A DNA stretch of 64,000 bases, taken from contig CAWAKJ010000005.1 in assembly GCA_963782595.1 (NCBI GenBank), forward strand, positions 149,595 to 213,594, in the 5' to 3' direction. The notes beneath the pieces are model-generated. The model ran no database searches. It was not told the origin of the DNA and was given only the letters and a program-made list of their open reading frames with translations. Both the position numbers and the translations under genes were made by a program. This document shows, piece by piece, positions 61,541 through 64,000 of this stretch (position 1 is the stretch's first letter; each line of letters starts with the position of its first letter). Origin of the DNA: Vicinamibacterales bacterium (GTDB lineage Bacteria; Acidobacteriota; Vicinamibacteria; Vicinamibacterales; JAMQPK01).

Positions 61541-62068
61541 GTGATCCACGCCACCACCATTCTTGCTGTTCGTCATAAAGACCGCGCCGTACTCGCCGGA
61601 GACGGGCAGGTGACGCTCGGCGACACCATCGTGAAACAGCACGCAAAAAAGGTCCGGCGCCTCTACAACGACAAAATCCTCGCAGGGTTCGCGGGCTCTG
61701 CCGCCGACTCCTTTGCGCTGTTTTCGCGCTTCGAGTCGAAGCTGGAGCAATACCGTGGCAACCTCGAGCGATCGTCGGTGGAGCTGGCGAAGGACTGGCG
61801 CACCGATCGCGCGCTGCGGCGCCTCGAGGCGATGCTCGTGGTCCTCGACAAGTCCTCGATGTTTCTGCTGTCGGGCACCGGCGACCTGATTGAGCCCGAC
61901 GAAGGCGTCATCGGCATCGGCTCGGGCGGCGCCTACGCGCTGGCGGCGGCCAAGGCGCTCGTCCGACACACAGACCTCGACGCGCGCGCCATCGCAGAGC
62001 ACGCCATGAACGTGGCTGCGTCGATTTGCATCTACACCAACAGCAATCTGGCGATTGAAGAACTGTGA
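61541..62068 (+). CDS. hslV: ATP-dependent protease subunit HslV
   Basis: [23 protein letters not shown] and GSGG motifs. GTG start leaves four residues (MIHA) ahead of the conserved Thr-Thr. Confidence 0.9.
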   Translation: MIHATTILAVRHKDRAVLAGDGQVTLGDTIVKQHAKKVRRLYNDKILAGFAGSAADSFALFSRFESKLEQYRGNLERSSVELAKDWRTDRALRRLEAMLVVLDKSSMFLLSGTGDLIEPDEGVIGIGSGGAYALAAAKALVRHTDLDARAIAEHAMNVAASICIYTNSNLAIEEL

Positions 62069-63486
62069 TGGCTATTTCGCTTCCTGAGACATTCGCTCCG
62101 GCACTCGACACGCTGACGCCGCGCCAGATCGTCGTGGAGCTCGACAAGTACGTCATCGGTCAGAAGGAGGCCAAGCGCGCCGTCGCCATTGCGCTGCGCA
62201 ACCGCATGCGTCGCCAGAAGCTCGCGCCCGAGATGGCCGAAGACGTGGTGCCGAAGAACATCCTCATGATCGGCCCGACCGGAGTGGGCAAAACCGAGAT
62301 CGCGCGGCGTCTCGCGCGGCTGGCGCAATCGCCGTTCATCAAGGTCGAGGCGTCGAAGTTCACCGAGGTCGGGTATGTCGGCCGCGACGTGGAGTCGATG
62401 GTGCGCGATCTCGTCGAGCTGGCCGTCGACATGGTGCGCGAAGAGCGCCTCGAGGAAGTCCATGGCAAGGCAGAGCAGAATGCCGAAGAGCGGCTGCTGG
62501 ATCTGCTGCTGCCGCCGCCTCGCGCGGCGCTCGAGCCGGATGATGCCGCGGCCGGCCGCACGAGCGAGTACATGCCCAACGTGACGCCGCAGGATTCGTG
62601 GCATCAGACACGCGAGAAGTTCCGCGAGCAGCTGCGCGACGGCCGCCTCGATCAGCGCTCGGTAGAAATCGACGTGCGCGAGCGCGCGTTCCCGTCGTTC
62701 GAAGTGATTACCGGATCGTCCATCGAAGAGATCGACATCAACATCAAGGACATGCTGCCGGGCCTGATTCAAGGGCGGACGCGCAAGCGCCGCTTGAAGG
62801 TTCCAGAGGCGTTCGACTTTCTGGTACAGGAAGAGGAAGGCAAGCTGGTCGACATGGACAGCGTCGCGCGCGTGGCCGTCGAGCGTGTCGAACAAAGCGG
62901 CATCATTTTCGTGGACGAGATCGACAAGATCGCGGGGCGCGAAGGCGGAGGACAGGGTGGTCCCGACGTGAGCCGCGAGGGCGTGCAGCGCGACATCCTG
63001 CCCATCATCGAGGGCACCACGGTCAACTCGAAGTACGGGATGGTGCGCACCGATCACATCCTCTTCATCGCGGCCGGCGCGTTCCACGTATCGAAGCCGT
63101 CGGATCTGATCCCGGAGCTGCAGGGACGCTTTCCGATTCGCGTCGAGCTCGAGCCGCTCGGCAAGGACGATTTCGTGCGCATTCTCACCGAGCCGAAAAA
63201 CGCGCTCGTGAAGCAGTACATCGCCCTGATGGAAACCGAAGGCATTACGCTGCGTTTCCTCGACGACGCCATCGATCGCATCGCCGATTTCGCGACGAGG
63301 GTGAACGAGCGCACCGAGAATATCGGCGCCCGCCGTCTGCACACCGTGATGGAGCGCCTGCTCGACGAAATTTCTTTCGAAGGTCCCGATCTGCGGGACA
63401 AGGTCATTACGATTGACGCCGCCTACGTTGACCTGATGCTCGCGGCCATCGTCAAGAACGAAGATCTTTCACGTTACATCCTGTGA
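62065..63486 (+). CDS. hslU: ATP-dependent protease ATPase subunit HslU
   Basis: [17 protein letters not shown], Walker [16 protein letters not shown], Walker [10 protein letters not shown]. Overlaps hslV by 4 nt. Confidence 0.95.
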   Translation: MMAISLPETFAPALDTLTPRQIVVELDKYVIGQKEAKRAVAIALRNRMRRQKLAPEMAEDVVPKNILMIGPTGVGKTEIARRLARLAQSPFIKVEASKFTEVGYVGRDVESMVRDLVELAVDMVREERLEEVHGKAEQNAEERLLDLLLPPPRAALEPDDAAAGRTSEYMPNVTPQDSWHQTREKFREQLRDGRLDQRSVEIDVRERAFPSFEVITGSSIEEIDINIKDMLPGLIQGRTRKRRLKVPEAFDFLVQEEEGKLVDMDSVARVAVERVEQSGIIFVDEIDKIAGREGGGQGGPDVSREGVQRDILPIIEGTTVNSKYGMVRTDHILFIAAGAFHVSKPSDLIPELQGRFPIRVELEPLGKDDFVRILTEPKNALVKQYIALMETEGITLRFLDDAIDRIADFATRVNERTENIGARRLHTVMERLLDEISFEGPDLRDKVITIDAAYVDLMLAAIVKNEDLSRYIL

Positions 63487-63504
63487 CACGAACGGGCGGA
63501 CGTA

Positions 63505-63617
63505 GGACACAGAGGCCACAGAGGTCGGCTTCGCACCCCCGAGAGCACAGAGAACTCTTTTTTCTTTTGACATGAAATACTCCGTGCCCTCCGTTTTTCT
63601 CTGTGTCCTCTGTGTCC
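63505..63617. repeat. Third copy of the CACAGAG/AACGGAGG composite palindrome
   Basis: Left arm GGACACAGAGGCCACAGAGG (63505-63524). Right arm ...CCCTCCGTTTTTCTCTGTGTCCTCTGTGTCC ends at 63617. Confidence 0.8.
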
Positions 63618-64000
63618 TGAGCACGATCGCGTGCGGGCGGAAAGGGCCGCCGCTTGCGCCGATCGTGTATCTGCCACGGCCGGTCGCCGATCTCGCGGCG
63701 AAGCGAGTCGAGAACGAAGTCGTCCTTCAATTCACCGTTCCGACGGTGAACACAGATGGATCGGGTCCCGCAGATCTCCGCCGCATGGAGGTGTACGCCC
63801 ATACCGGACCGCTGCCGGCGCCCGCCGATTTCCTGAAATACGGAACGCTGGTGTCGTCGATCGACATCGAGGAGCCGCCAGAACCGAAACCGGCAGGGGA
63901 GCAGGAGGCCGAAACGGTTCGCGTCACGGAGCCAGGTGCTGAGGACCCCGCGCAGCAGGTTGCGCAGGCGGTCCCGGCGAAGAGTGGCCTGAAGGGGCTG
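63572..64000 (+). CDS. Putative lipoprotein, 3' end beyond window
   Basis: The frame is open from ATG 63572 to the window end. MKYSVPSVFLCVLCVLSTIAC is followed by GRKGPPLAP. Not in the ORF track because no stop lies in the window. The signal peptide is encoded by the repeat arm. Confidence 0.5.
   Translation, partial: MKYSVPSVFLCVLCVLSTIACGRKGPPLAPIVYLPRPVADLAAKRVENEVVLQFTVPTVNTDGSGPADLRRMEVYAHTGPLPAPADFLKYGTLVSSIDIEEPPEPKPAGEQEAETVRVTEPGAEDPAQQVAQAVPAKSGLKGL

Overview
High-GC bacterial chromosomal segment. Serial carboxypeptidase-regulatory-domain TonB-dependent receptors, periplasmic quinoproteins and several ECF sigma factors make it look Acidobacteriota-like; that is inference only. All family calls rest on motifs read by eye, since no search could be run. 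Positions 1-32.3 kb are a periplasmic uptake and oxidation locus. It holds five TonB-dependent receptor genes (one truncated by the window edge) and three PQQ-dependent dehydrogenase paralogues, all carrying the lanthanide-type D-x-D signature. Two of the three follow a dihaem cytochrome c gene. The locus also holds a Tat-exported Rieske protein, a beta-propeller protein, a haem-c-fused PHM/DBM-like copper monooxygenase homologue and two bicupin paralogues, one frameshifted. An IclR regulator, an MFS transporter, a DapA-family aldolase and an esterase complete it. Positions 32.3-35.1 kb carry an atypical radical SAM gene next to an ECF sigma, a STAS protein and an 88-aa ORF. Positions 35.1-48.5 kb are housekeeping: lysA, tmk, comF, rsfS, nadD, obg, rpmA, rplU, dprA, topA, trmFO, xerC. 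Positions 48.5-61.5 kb are a signalling-rich block (SARP-like regulator, NtrB/NtrC pair, ABC-F, GAF kinase with an HTH-REC regulator, ECF sigma with anti-sigma, APC permease). It separates xerC from hslV-hslU. No rRNA, tRNA, CRISPR array, transposase or phage genes were seen. The most unusual signal is non-coding. Tandem heptanucleotide arrays with at least nine unit sequences, plus two REP-like palindrome families, are concentrated at gene boundaries. They often form array/inverted-array hairpins and bracket single genes. Some supply stop codons, C-terminal tails, in-frame peptide stretches and even signal peptides.
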